Origin: Candidatus Borrarchaeum weybense
Lineage (GTDB): Archaea > Asgardarchaeota > Sifarchaeia > Borrarchaeales > Borrarchaeaceae
Length of the DNA stretch: 64,000 bases
NCBI GenBank assembly: GCA_019057385.1
Contig: JAHQJS010000008.1
Location: forward strand, 140,286-204,285
Direction of reading: 5' to 3'
Shown: piece by piece, positions 19,979 through 30,362 of the stretch
Layout of the letters: every line of letters begins with the position of its first letter
Position numbering within the stretch: position 1 is the first letter of the stretch
The notes under the pieces: generated by a model
Databases searched by the model: none
What the model saw: only the letters and a program-made list of their open reading frames with translations
Told to the model about the DNA's origin: nothing
Translations under genes and position numbers: made by a program

Positions 19979-20464
19979 ATGCTAAATGTTAAAGCATTTG
20001 ATGAAATCCTTAGTAAGATTATAAAGAGCGAAAGCGGCATTAAGAAAGTCATTTTAGTAGACAGGACAGGTCTCACAATTGCACATGTAAGCAAGTTTAG
20101 TTACTACCCGGTAGATATCGACGGAATTGGGGCCATCGCCAGTGCAGTGTTTTGTGCTAGTGAAGAACAAGGTAAAAACCTGGATATCGGCGAACTAAAG
20201 ATTGTGACTTCCGAATTTGATGACGGCAAAATATTTGCAGCAAGCTGTGGAAAAGGCGTCTTATGCGTGATTACCGAAGCCGATGTCAACATTGGAATGG
20301 TTCGACTTGTCATCAAGAAAGGATCCGACAAACTGCAACAAATCTTAGATGAGTTCCTTGCCGAGAAACCAACAGCAGCACCTACGCCAACACCCGAAAC
20401 AACGAAGGAACTTGCAGAAAAAGAAGAACTTGAGGCTGCTCTCAAAGAATTAGAGAAATTCTAA
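19979..20464 (+). CDS. Roadblock/MglB-like protein with P/T linker and C-terminal helix
   Basis: VILVDRTGLTIA, GAIASAVF, NIGMVRL. Confidence 0.85.
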   Translation: MLNVKAFDEILSKIIKSESGIKKVILVDRTGLTIAHVSKFSYYPVDIDGIGAIASAVFCASEEQGKNLDIGELKIVTSEFDDGKIFAASCGKGVLCVITEADVNIGMVRLVIKKGSDKLQQILDEFLAEKPTAAPTPTPETTKELAEKEELEAALKELEKF

Positions 20465-20563
20465 ATCTTTTACCTTTTTATATTTGCTTTATTTCTAGTT
20501 CTCACTCTGTTTTTAACACTTAAGCCTGATTTAGTTTACTCAAGAGGCGGACAGAGGATTATC

Positions 20564-21151
20564 ATGAAAAAAGATGCGTCAGGGAGGATACATTTCAAAA
20601 TTGTCTTCGTGGGTGCATCACCTTCAGGAAAAACTACTGCACTTAAATGGATACATCAAAATGTCGAGGGTTATAATAAAGGCGGTTTTACTTCAGTCGA
20701 CGATCCAAACGGTTTCACTCTATATTTCGACTATACAACATTAATGTCTGACTCCAATGTTATTTTTGATGTATATACAGTTGCAGGCCAAAAACGTCAT
20801 AAACATCAGCGAAATGTAGTTTTAAAGGGCACTGATGGAATTATTTTCGTTGTTGACAGTTCTCGAAAGATGATGCCTGATAATAAATTCAGTGCTGATG
20901 AAATACGAGAATATGTTAATAACAAACTTGATAGTAAACTCCCAATGGTTATTATGCTAAATAAACGAGATGCTCCAGATTCTCTAACTAAGAAGGCGAT
21001 TTTAGCAGAACTTGAATTAGTAAAATATCCAGTTTACGAAACTATTGCAATAAAAGGAATAGGAATTAAAAATGCGTTCACGTCCCTTGCACGTGAAATT
21101 TTATCGCAAAATCTTCATGAAATTGAAGATAAAAAAAGAATGGCGTCCTAA
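20564..21151 (+). CDS. MglA-like small GTPase
   Basis: G1 GASPSGKT, G2 TLYFD, G3 TVAGQ, DGIIFVVDS, G4 NKRD. Confidence 0.88.
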   Translation: MKKDASGRIHFKIVFVGASPSGKTTALKWIHQNVEGYNKGGFTSVDDPNGFTLYFDYTTLMSDSNVIFDVYTVAGQKRHKHQRNVVLKGTDGIIFVVDSSRKMMPDNKFSADEIREYVNNKLDSKLPMVIMLNKRDAPDSLTKKAILAELELVKYPVYETIAIKGIGIKNAFTSLAREILSQNLHEIEDKKRMAS

Positions 21152-21329
21152 GAAGAGTTCTCCGCTTTTCAGTAAACTGTAAAGTTAGGTTTCAGTGAAG
21201 AGTCCTTCTCGCCGATAAAGTTAAATGTGAAGATCTAGATTACCTCAATGTGGAGTATTTAACATGCATTTCATTTTATAAATAAACCTTGTTTCAGAAA
21301 TCAAAATGGGTTTTTAAGGAAGTGACTTC

Positions 21330-21698
21330 ATGGAGGAAAAAGAAGGTGCATTACTAAGAATTCTTAAGGAGCTTAGAACAACAGTTGCATCAATAGAAGC
21401 GGCAGCAATAGTTAGCGTGGAAGGATTACCTATAACTAGTGACCTTCCTGGCGACATTGACGAAACGCGAATTGCTGCTATGACTGCTGCCATGCTTTCG
21501 CTAGGCGAAAGAGCAGCGATTGAGCTTGGCAAAGGTGAATTAGAAAGAATTTTTGTAGAAGGAAAAGATGGACACGTGATTGCGAGCGGTGCTGGAGAAA
21601 ATGCGGTGTTAACTGTTAGCACAATAAAAGGGGCGAAATTAGGGCTAATATTTTTAGAAATGAAACGTGCAGTAGAGAAAATATCTGAAATTCTCTGA
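21330..21698 (+). CDS. Roadblock/MglB-like protein
   Basis: IEAAAIVSVEGLPI, RIAAMTAAMLSLGER, KLGLIF. Confidence 0.92.
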   Translation: MEEKEGALLRILKELRTTVASIEAAAIVSVEGLPITSDLPGDIDETRIAAMTAAMLSLGERAAIELGKGELERIFVEGKDGHVIASGAGENAVLTVSTIKGAKLGLIFLEMKRAVEKISEIL

Positions 21699-21830
21699 CA
21701 TACTCCCACAGTTAAAGCAGTGAGGTTCTACATTTCTATGGTGAGAAATGAGGGGCGTGCCACCGCCCTGTTAACGACTCCCGCAGAGAGGAGTTCTCCC
21801 TGAGCGAGCCCTATATTTCCATTGATAATA
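21695..21830 (-). mobile_element. IS605-derived right-end/scaffold fragment G (family 5)
   Basis: Minus strand ends GAACCTCACTGCTTTAACTGTGGGAGTATGTCAG, a typical tnpB right-end hairpin. Confidence 0.65.
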
Positions 21831-21835
21831 ATTGC

Positions 21836-22040
21836 AGACAATTAAGCAAGAAAGCACCACCGCTTTAGCGTGGTGAGGAATTGCGTGGTGTTTATATAGT
21901 TTTTGGTAATAACACTCTTTGAGTACCTACGGGGCGTAGGGAATTTACGCCTGTGGAGATAAGACCTCCGTAACCCGTCAAGGGGATCGAGTCTGTCGTA
22001 GAAGCAGGAAGCCTCGAGGCTTTAGCACGAGGTAGCTCAC
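21836..22040 (+). mobile_element. ORF-less IS605-derived element H (family 2): left end, TTTATATA box, scaffold, right end GGTAGCTCAC
   Basis: Near-identical scaffold to element M in the opposite orientation. Confidence 0.88.
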
Positions 22041-22351
22041 CGAACTACACTGGACCACACCACAGGGGCTTCATCTTCTGTGATCCTACCAGAGGTCTTG
22101 TATCCCTGCCATCCCTGCCTTCCCTCTGATAGTCATACGTTGATTGATGCCTTTATGCACAGCCCCAGAGTCTATACCATCTCTCTGTCTTACCCACCCT
22201 CCACCAGACTGTGCGGCAATGACCACTTTACAGAGTGGGCCAAAACTATTTAAGTGTTAGGGAGACCCCGTGATGAAAATGATGGCAGTGAACATCAACT
22301 ACCGCAATTCATCCCACACCTGAAGCAGTGGGCTTTCTTGCTTAGCTACCT
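22041..22351 (-). mobile_element. Degenerate IS605-derived element I
   Basis: Left-end flank matches element E (CTTAC.GGTAGCTAAGCAAGAA); TTAAATA box; shares TGTGATCCTACCAGAGGT with element D. Confidence 0.7.
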
Positions 22352-22522
22352 GTAAGTTGTCCATAATAATACCCAAATGGAACTTTTTCTTTTTAAAACC
22401 TAAAAAAGGTTTAAATGAAAACGTGTCGTCAATAAAATGGTTTATAAGTTATATAGCTAAATGAACATTTATTATTTTCATATCAATATTCAAAGAGCTC
22501 GTTTCTCGAAAAAGAGCGTGAG

Positions 22523-24091
22523 GTGTTAAAATTGAGCGAAAAACGATCTACGCTTGATAAAGTAATGGAGGTATCACTTAGAAGGGGTCTAGTCTTCCCA
22601 ACTGCCGAAATCTACGGTGGTTTTGCGGGCGTTTACGATTTCGGTCCTGTAGGGAGCTTCCTAAGAGAAAATCTGATCAATTTTTGGTTACAATACTTTG
22701 TAAAAACTGAGATTGATCCTCCAGTTTACTTACTGAGTGGAGGAACTGTGTTACCTTTCGAAGTTCTAAAAGCTTCGGGACATGTTGACCACTTTGTTGA
22801 CCCCATCGTTTCATGTTCGTCCCCAGAATGCAAGACAGAATTCCGTGCCGATCATCTTATTGAAGATGCTACAGGACAATTTGTTGAAGGATTGGATGAA
22901 CAAGAATTAACTCGAATTATACGCGAGAATAATATAAGATGCCCAAACTGTGACTCTGAATTAGCTGACGTGACGATTTTTAATCTCATGTTGGCCACAA
23001 AGGTCGGTGCAGGTAAGGGCACTGTGGCGTATATGAGACCCGAGACCGCACAGATAATGTTCCTAGACTTCAAAAGAACAGCTATTAGCATGAGAGCGAA
23101 GCTTCCTTTTGGTATAGCTCAAGTTGGAAGTTCTTACAGAAATGAAATCTCACCGAGAAAAGGCCTTATTCGCCTAAGAGAATTCGAACAGATGGAAATC
23201 GAAATGTTTGTAGACCCCGCCACTCTAAATGAACAACCCAATTTTGATGAAATTAAAAATGTCAAGTTAAGACTTTTGACAAGAGAGGGTCAAGAGAAAG
23301 AACCACAAGAAATCTTAGAAATAACTGCAGACGAATCTGTAAAGCAGAATATCTTACCGAACCAATATTTTGCGTATTATTTAGCAAAAGAAACAGTTTT
23401 TTACACTCGTTGCGGTATTCCACGGGATAAATTCAGGTTTAGGCACATGAAACCCGAGGAGACGCCGCACTATTCAGGCGGGAACTGGGATTTAGAGATC
23501 GAATTACCAAGAGGCGAAAATTCACAAATAGTTGAGATTGTTGGCAACGCTTATCGTCAAGCCTATGATCTTGGTAATCATGCAAAACATAGCGGTGAAG
23601 ATCTCAGTATTGAGACAGAAAATGGCGAAAACATCATCGCTCATGTTGTTGAACCTTCATTCGGAGTAGACAGAAGTACTCATTGTATCTTAGAACACTG
23701 TTTCAGAGAAAAAGGTGTCGATAGAGATTGGACATGGTTTCAATTTCCTAATGTTATCGCACCAATTTCGGTTCAAGTCTATCCTTTAATGCGAAAAGAT
23801 GGGATGCCTGAAAAGGCAAGGGACATTTATGTCAAATTAAAAAAAGATGCTGGATTTAATGCTATATATGATCAGGCTGGATCTATTGGAAGGAGATATG
23901 CACGTGCTGACGAAATCGGATGTCCTTATTGCTTAACAATAGACTATACAACATTAGAAGATGACTCCGTTACAATACGTGACCGCGATTCGATGAAACA
24001 AATCCGAGTACCTTTAAGTAAACTTGTCGATATACTGAGACAATTACTTGAGGAAAACATCAAATTTGCAGAGGCAGGTCAGCCTGTCTAG
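22523..24091 (+). CDS. glyS: Glycine--tRNA ligase (alpha2 type)
   Basis: EIYGG..G.YDFGP, RPETAQ, RNEISPR.GLIRLREFEQME, EPSFG.DR, GSIGRRYARADEIG. Confidence 0.97.
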   Translation: MLKLSEKRSTLDKVMEVSLRRGLVFPTAEIYGGFAGVYDFGPVGSFLRENLINFWLQYFVKTEIDPPVYLLSGGTVLPFEVLKASGHVDHFVDPIVSCSSPECKTEFRADHLIEDATGQFVEGLDEQELTRIIRENNIRCPNCDSELADVTIFNLMLATKVGAGKGTVAYMRPETAQIMFLDFKRTAISMRAKLPFGIAQVGSSYRNEISPRKGLIRLREFEQMEIEMFVDPATLNEQPNFDEIKNVKLRLLTREGQEKEPQEILEITADESVKQNILPNQYFAYYLAKETVFYTRCGIPRDKFRFRHMKPEETPHYSGGNWDLEIELPRGENSQIVEIVGNAYRQAYDLGNHAKHSGEDLSIETENGENIIAHVVEPSFGVDRSTHCILEHCFREKGVDRDWTWFQFPNVIAPISVQVYPLMRKDGMPEKARDIYVKLKKDAGFNAIYDQAGSIGRRYARADEIGCPYCLTIDYTTLEDDSVTIRDRDSMKQIRVPLSKLVDILRQLLEENIKFAEAGQPV

Positions 24092-24287
24092 TTTTTTAAT
24101 TAACCTTGTTCCATCTTTGTGGTGGTATTTATATTTTTTTAATATTTCATTAGATTAGTGTACATACCGATCGCTAACTCCTCGTTCTTCGATTAAAGTG
24201 CTTCCTAGCGATAAAATATTTAAGTATCGGAATGGATTAATCTAAGTATCGGATGTATGGATCGCCCCGCTCCAGGAGACTCGCCCT

Positions 24288-24707
24288 ATGGCAAAGAAAA
24301 AGAAAAAAGAATCAAAAGCAAGCCAAGAACAGAAAATTCAGGCACTCCTTGATGAACTGATCGATGGTGAAGAGATCACGGATGGTGCCGTTGTCAGTAC
24401 TGTTGGATTACCTATAGTCAATAACTTTTCTGAAGATATGCCTGAAATCACTATAAGTGCTATGGCATCCTCAGTTTTAGCAATAGCAACAGAGGGACAT
24501 GGTTCTCCTGATCTTGGCGAAATGAAGGCAGCAATTTTAGACTTCAATAATGGTAGTATCATCTTAAAAAAGATCTATGGACCTAATTATCTTGGTATTC
24601 TTATTATCTATACAACTTTGCAGACGTCAAATCAAATTAGTTCTTTATTAGATAGAATTGAAATATCTGCTGCTAAATTAGCAACAATCATGTTAAATTC
24701 CCAATAA
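24288..24707 (+). CDS. Divergent roadblock/LC7 protein
   Basis: GAVVSTVGLPI, ISAMASSVLAIA. Confidence 0.75.
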   Translation: MAKKKKKESKASQEQKIQALLDELIDGEEITDGAVVSTVGLPIVNNFSEDMPEITISAMASSVLAIATEGHGSPDLGEMKAAILDFNNGSIILKKIYGPNYLGILIIYTTLQTSNQISSLLDRIEISAAKLATIMLNSQ

Positions 24708-24857
24708 CATACATGAACGGTTTGCCATTAACCAATACTAAAAACTAGATCAACTATTCTTCTTCTTTTTCAAAATATTTATTTTCTTAATGAATGATGA
24801 AGCAATTAGCTGTTTTTTTAATGATTGTGATTTTTCCTGATAGTGTTATTAAAGCGC

Positions 24858-26555
24858 TCACATATATCCTAAGCCTTTTAATCGTTCCATGATTTCTAAT
24901 TCTTCCTCTTTAGTAAGTATTTCTCGTTCATCATCTTCTATTTCTTCATTCTTTCTTGTTTCTTCTTCGATTTTTTCTAATCTGTTGTAAAGAACTGAAT
25001 TAGTATCAAATATGTTTCTGAGAACGTTTCCATCCATCATTTGAGGAATTGGTATATCCAATATGTGCAAAATTGTTGGTGCGATATCCATAACATTTGC
25101 CTCTACTTGGACAGGGTGTATATCTTTTCCAAATGACATGAAAACTCCGTTAATATCATGTGCAGCCTTCCAAATATGTCCATTTGGTTCATTCGTTGAT
25201 TTTTGCGCCAGATCTTTTTTATTGCTAAATATATCATTTCCGAAACCACCAAACATGGCAAACCCATCATTTAATTGAATTAATAGATCTGGTGCATCCT
25301 TTAAATATGGGCCAGCATAGATTTCTTCACGTTTGTAGATTTTTGATACTATTTTTCTGCCCGTTTCTGGTTCAGTGAGTTTAGAGAGTTTAAATGCAAT
25401 CGAATCTCGCAAATCATTATATTCTTCTGGATTAACTATTCCATTCTGTTCTCTGCCCTTTAAATTAATTCTTAAACCTTGACCAGTAAAAGAGTAAGAA
25501 AAAGCTTTAGTTTTATGCCAATCACAATATTTACGAATATTACTTAAATTTAGTGCAAAAAATGAAATGAGACGTTTTGGAATCACCTTATGAAGTATCT
25601 TGTACCATTTCGAGTGAGCATGTCTCATTAGTACAGCATTACTACTTTCGGTAGTAAAACCATGCTTAATTAACCATGCTGAGAAGGAGCCTTGGCTTTT
25701 AAGATGAAGCAATCCTATGCTTTTTAGCCAGTTGTTAATATAGAAGTCTCGTTTTACTTGTTGAAACCCGTGATCCGATACAATAAAATTAATTGTGTTC
25801 TCATCAAGTTTTTGAAGAATTTCACTAATAATCGAATCTATCAACTCATAATATTTGAGAATGACATTATACCTTATTGCTCCTTTTGATGTGTTCATCT
25901 GAAGATGAGTGTCCCAAAGAAAGTGTTGTAGACGATCTGAACCGACAAATATAACCATAAAAAAGTCCCAATCTTTTTCTTCCATTAAATATAAAACTGC
26001 GCGTTTTCTTGCTTCTGTTAGATGGTAAATGTCATTTACAAAGATTGATTTATGATTTAAATAAAATTCTTCTACATCCACATCTATACGATAATCAGGC
26101 ACGTTGTCAAGTAATTCCTGCTTTAAAGAATTTGGATAGGTAAAATTACTTTCCATTCCAGGTGATCCCAATCCTGAGATCATTAATCCATTAACCTTTT
26201 CAGGTGGATAGGTAAACGGAAAATTCACTATGACTGTCTTTTTACCATTTTCATTCAATATATGCCATATTGCTTTACCCTTCCGCTTTTTTAAGTAACT
26301 TAATTTGAGATCATAACCATCAGAAGTTTCTGCAAAGAAATCAAAAATCCCATGTCTTCCAGGATTCGTTCCTGTGACAATTGAGGTCCACGCCGGCGGA
26401 CTAAGCGGTGGAATTGTACTCTTAAGAAATCCGCTTGCACCTTGTTTAACTACTTTAGAAAAGGTAGGAAGCTTATGTAAATTGGGTTTAATTATTTCAA
26501 AAGTTGCACCATCAATTCCTATTACAAAAACCTTCTTTTCAGCCATATGTTTCAC
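24858..26555 (-). CDS. Alkaline-phosphatase-superfamily nucleotide pyrophosphatase/phosphodiesterase
   Basis: VIGIDGA, STIPP.S.PAW.S..TG.NPG.HGI.DF, DRLQH, VSDHG, C-terminal RLKGLGY. Confidence 0.9.
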   Translation of the reverse strand: MKHMAEKKVFVIGIDGATFEIIKPNLHKLPTFSKVVKQGASGFLKSTIPPLSPPAWTSIVTGTNPGRHGIFDFFAETSDGYDLKLSYLKKRKGKAIWHILNENGKKTVIVNFPFTYPPEKVNGLMISGLGSPGMESNFTYPNSLKQELLDNVPDYRIDVDVEEFYLNHKSIFVNDIYHLTEARKRAVLYLMEEKDWDFFMVIFVGSDRLQHFLWDTHLQMNTSKGAIRYNVILKYYELIDSIISEILQKLDENTINFIVSDHGFQQVKRDFYINNWLKSIGLLHLKSQGSFSAWLIKHGFTTESSNAVLMRHAHSKWYKILHKVIPKRLISFFALNLSNIRKYCDWHKTKAFSYSFTGQGLRINLKGREQNGIVNPEEYNDLRDSIAFKLSKLTEPETGRKIVSKIYKREEIYAGPYLKDAPDLLIQLNDGFAMFGGFGNDIFSNKKDLAQKSTNEPNGHIWKAAHDINGVFMSFGKDIHPVQVEANVMDIAPTILHILDIPIPQMMDGNVLRNIFDTNSVLYNRLEKIEEETRKNEEIEDDEREILTKEEELEIMERLKGLGYM

Positions 26556-26557
26556 CG

Positions 26558-26678
<121 letters not shown>

Positions 26679-26682
<4 letters not shown>

Positions 26683-28700
26683 GTTTCGAGTATTTTAGAG
26701 TTTCCTGAAGGCAGAACCCTTGTAATTTCATCCACAGATAGTTTTTTAATCTTATTTTTATCATCATCCTTTGCATGTCTTAAAAGAATTTCCTTAATGT
26801 GTCGTGCCAATTTGCCGCTAGAAATCTCTCCTGGAACTACAGTGATATAGTTTTCCGTTTGATTTGATATTGCAGGAAGGGGGCCGCTAAGTGGTAGTGC
26901 AAAATCATTCTCTATTTTAACACCTATAGCTATTTTTAGTGGATTATTTTTTAAAAATGTCCTCTCACCACGAACTATAACGCCTCCTTTTGGAATATAT
27001 TCACCAGAAGGTGCGGTTTCCGAAACTTGAGTTGCTTTGACATAATAAACGTCTCCTGCGCCTAAACCACTTTTCCATGCTCTTGAATATGAAACAGCAA
27101 ATTGTGCAGCTTCTCTTAACGTAGTTTCGGGTACATCGTTTCCTTCAGTTTTTATTACTACATAGGGCGCGCCTGCCATTTCAGCGTGCATAAATAAATC
27201 CTCGGTATCCATATATCGTTTGAAGAGGCTCTTATTAGACGTTATATCACGACCGCCAAGGACTAAGAAATCATCTGATGAAATAAAGAATCGAAATTTT
27301 TCATACCATTTTCTTTTTCGTTTCTTTTTTAGAGCAACGTCTTCTTCGGCCTTGTCATGTCCTTTTTCCTTTAATTTCTCGATTTTTTGTGATGTTTTTT
27401 TCAATGCTTTCTTTGCGCCTTCAATTTTTGAAGCGGTCTTCTTGGCAGAATCGTACCAGTTAGAGGCTACTTCTTCAATGGACTGATGAAGACGAAAAAC
27501 TATCTCTTTTTCATTTAAAGTAATTATAATTGCTTTATTTGCAGGATCTATATTTTTAATCATTTCTGCTGATCTTATCCCATTCGTTTTTCCTTCTTCT
27601 ATCCTTTTTTGTATTTCATCCCATGTAACTCTCTTATCATGCGCAGAGGAAATTGTATGTAAGATTTCGCGAAGATCAGCACTATATAAATAGATTTCTT
27701 CAGCAATTTGTTTCATTTCGATTTCTGATTTTTGCAGTTCTTCAATTGTCTTTGCTTGTTGATCACGTATTCTTTCCAGTTTTGCTAGTTTGTCTTCCGC
27801 TGGACTAGTAATTGCTTCTGCTATCTCTGATTTTTCAATCTCACCGAAGTAGAAATCTAGTCCTTCGTTGAAAGATGATATTTTTTTAGTTACAAAATTT
27901 GAATACGTCATTAAATGAATAGGTGTGACATCAAAAGGAGTAGAATTTTCGTAAATTATTTCAGGGCTAAGATGTCCCTCTTTTAAGGGTTGGAAGATTG
28001 ATTTTATCGCTTCCATTATAACAAGAACATGCTCATCATCGATGTTCGAAGATGGTGTTGTCTTTTCAATTTCTGCTCTGAGACAAATCTCTTCAGCAAA
28101 AATCTTCTTGATGTTGAAAAAATGTGTTAGAGTACGAGCAATATTCCCTGTGGATGATTCTATAATTTCCTTCAACCTATTCTTAGTAATTTGGAATATG
28201 TCAATTCCTCGGCTTGGTGGATATTGATAATTTCTTTTTGGGAGAACATCTCGGTCTTTCATTTTCCTATAATGCCGAGCGATTAGAATTTGTTCATTAG
28301 GATCAAGAAGCAGTATATTCCCATGACCGAAAAGTTCAATAATGAGTGTATATTTATCCGTCAGTTGCCCTACTTCGAGTAGTATTATTCGATCGAAATT
28401 ATATTGACGAATGTCAATTACGCGTCTATTCCTCAAATATTTCCGTAACGTGTGACAAAAATTAGGCGGTATCTTTGGCGGGGTTCTCACATATTCAGTG
28501 AGATGAAACCTTTGAAAGGGTGAAGTCTGAACTAGGACATTAAAACTGCCCTCATCGGTCTTTCGAAGTTTCCAAATAAACATAGAATCAATTTGATAAA
28601 TATTATCAATCCATGAATCTTTGATTCTATCTTTGCATTCCATTAAAACTGCAAATATATCAACATTCGACATATCGTTCTTCATTATCTCGTGCCTCAA
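26679..28700 (-). CDS. rqcH: Ribosome quality-control factor RqcH/NEMF (NFACT family); start possibly ATG 28685
   Basis: F...LRKYL, FDRI, ELFG.GNI, WYEKFRFF.SS...LV.GGRD, PSGEY..KG. Confidence 0.93.
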
Positions 28701-28725
28701 CTTGGAGGTTAGGTGGTGTATTAAC

Positions 28726-29022
28726 TTGGATATTTCAAGTAGAATTTATTGGATGAAGGTTCTCTTAGGTGTAGTAATAGGTCTTATAAACGGTTTTATT
28801 GGTATAATCCATTGGCCAGGAGTTGTGATAGGTGTAGCCGCCCTTTTTGTCACTTATCCACTTTCTCTCTTATTGATACGTTACACTGGAGGTCAATCTC
28901 CTGAGGCAGCTCAGTTAAAACCATTTAAAATCTTGACAAATGGCTTACCTGCCTACTTATTCGTATGGGTCGTAACTTGGACAGTAATTTTTAATTTGCT
29001 AAATCCAGGTGCTTTTTTCTAA
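28726..29022 (+). CDS. Small 3-TM membrane protein, EMC6/Rab5-interacting-like
   Basis: TTG start after GGTGGT; IYW.K...G...G.I.G..G and GL..YLFVWVVTWTVIFN pattern. Confidence 0.6.
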   Translation: MDISSRIYWMKVLLGVVIGLINGFIGIIHWPGVVIGVAALFVTYPLSLLLIRYTGGQSPEAAQLKPFKILTNGLPAYLFVWVVTWTVIFNLLNPGAFF

Positions 29023-29073
29023 AAGAAGCACCCTTCAATTCTATCTATTAGATAATGTCAAATGCCCTTCATC

Positions 29074-29222
29074 GTGAACTACCCCACTCTTACGGATGGG
29101 GCTTCCTGCGAGTCCTCCTAACTCCCTACGATGGGAGAAACTTTCGTTTTACACTTGGCTGTGTGTCGCAGATTATCGAGAAATACCCGATAGCCTGTCC
29201 ACTTGGCATTCTGTGATAGGTA
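29074..29222 (-). ncRNA. Predicted omega-RNA scaffold overlapping the tnpB 3' end (predicted guide GATGAAGGGCATTTGACA...)
   Basis: Position at the right end; hairpins conserved with compensatory changes in element K. Confidence 0.75.
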
Positions 29223-30362
29223 ACGTTTCATGAGGATGATTGCACTATTTTTGTCCCTCTCTATCACGTTACCACAGTCACATCTCATAACTCGTTTCCA
29301 AATTGGCATAAAGTGCTGTTTGCCGTACATCCAACATTCTTTGGTCGAGTTTCGTTCGTCACTTTCTATTGTCCTTTTACCTACTCGCCTCGACTTGTAG
29401 GTTAGAAAATGCACGAACCGTCCCAGCGCCCCTGTGTTCTGTGTAGCGCGGTTCAACCCCGCTCTCATGGCTTTCGGCACCTTGTTCGACTGTGCCATGC
29501 ATTTGACTTCTAGCTGGCCTACGATCAGAGTGTTAGCTTTGGTGTTCTCCACCAGTTTCCTGCTGAGTTTATGTTGAAAATCACGTGTCTGATCATCCCG
29601 CTTCCGCTCGTATTTCTGTTTGATCTGATTGAGCAATTTCCATCTGTTGCTGAATTTCTTACACTTATCCTTCCGCGATTGTACCTTGGCGATTTTCGGA
29701 TTCCAATATTTGTCCGGGCGCTGATTTTTCACCATCAAGAACTTGCTCTGGGAATTTACTGCCGTAACGATATGGGTAATGCCGAGGTCGATGGCTTGAT
29801 ACCGACCGTTATCTACAAAGGGGGGTTCTTCCAACTCATAGGTGATGGTCACAAAATATCGCCCTCTATGTGATGAGATGGCGACTTGTTTTACCTGTGT
29901 ATCGTCAAAAGAGAATTTGTCAGGGATGGTAAATTCCAGTGGTATATCATTGTATTTGTGGGAAAAGGTAATCATTCCGGGTTCGATCTTGAACCCTGAC
30001 TGGTTATACACCATAGTGGTGAAGTAGTTTTTTCCTTTGAATCGCGGGAGACAGGCCTCGATGTGCCCGTTTTTTCGAAGGGCAAAGAACGACTCGTAAT
30101 CAGCAGCTAATGCCCTGAGAGCATACTGTAAGACCTTAGAATACACCCACTTATACTCTGGGAATTGCTCTTTGATGAGTGGCAGGTCGTTTTGCTGCTT
30201 GCGGTAATTCACACCCTTTGCTCCAGTTCTATAGGCGTCCATTCTTTCAGCAAGGGCAAAGTTATAGATGAGTCTGCATTTTTCCGAGAGTTTCCAAAGC
30301 ACAGTTTTTTGTGCGTGATTCGGAAAGATCCTGATTTTCTGTGTGAGTTTCATGGATTTCAC
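29118..30362 (-). CDS. tnpB: RNA-guided endonuclease TnpB (rearranged RuvC-II type)
   Basis: N-terminal HTH (IYNFALAER), RuvC-I AIDLG, RuvC-II LIVGQL with alternative DERNSTKEC, RuvC-III ERDKNSA. Confidence 0.93.
   Translation of the reverse strand: MKSMKLTQKIRIFPNHAQKTVLWKLSEKCRLIYNFALAERMDAYRTGAKGVNYRKQQNDLPLIKEQFPEYKWVYSKVLQYALRALAADYESFFALRKNGHIEACLPRFKGKNYFTTMVYNQSGFKIEPGMITFSHKYNDIPLEFTIPDKFSFDDTQVKQVAISSHRGRYFVTITYELEEPPFVDNGRYQAIDLGITHIVTAVNSQSKFLMVKNQRPDKYWNPKIAKVQSRKDKCKKFSNRWKLLNQIKQKYERKRDDQTRDFQHKLSRKLVENTKANTLIVGQLEVKCMAQSNKVPKAMRAGLNRATQNTGALGRFVHFLTYKSRRVGKRTIESDERNSTKECWMYGKQHFMPIWKRVMRCDCGNVIERDKNSAIILMKRYLSQNAKWTGYRVFLDNLRHTAKCKTKVSPIVGS

Noticed and set aside
25698-25709. 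TTTAA+GATGAAG match to the predicted TnpB guide (self-target)
   Set aside because: Only 7 guide nt match, which is expected by chance
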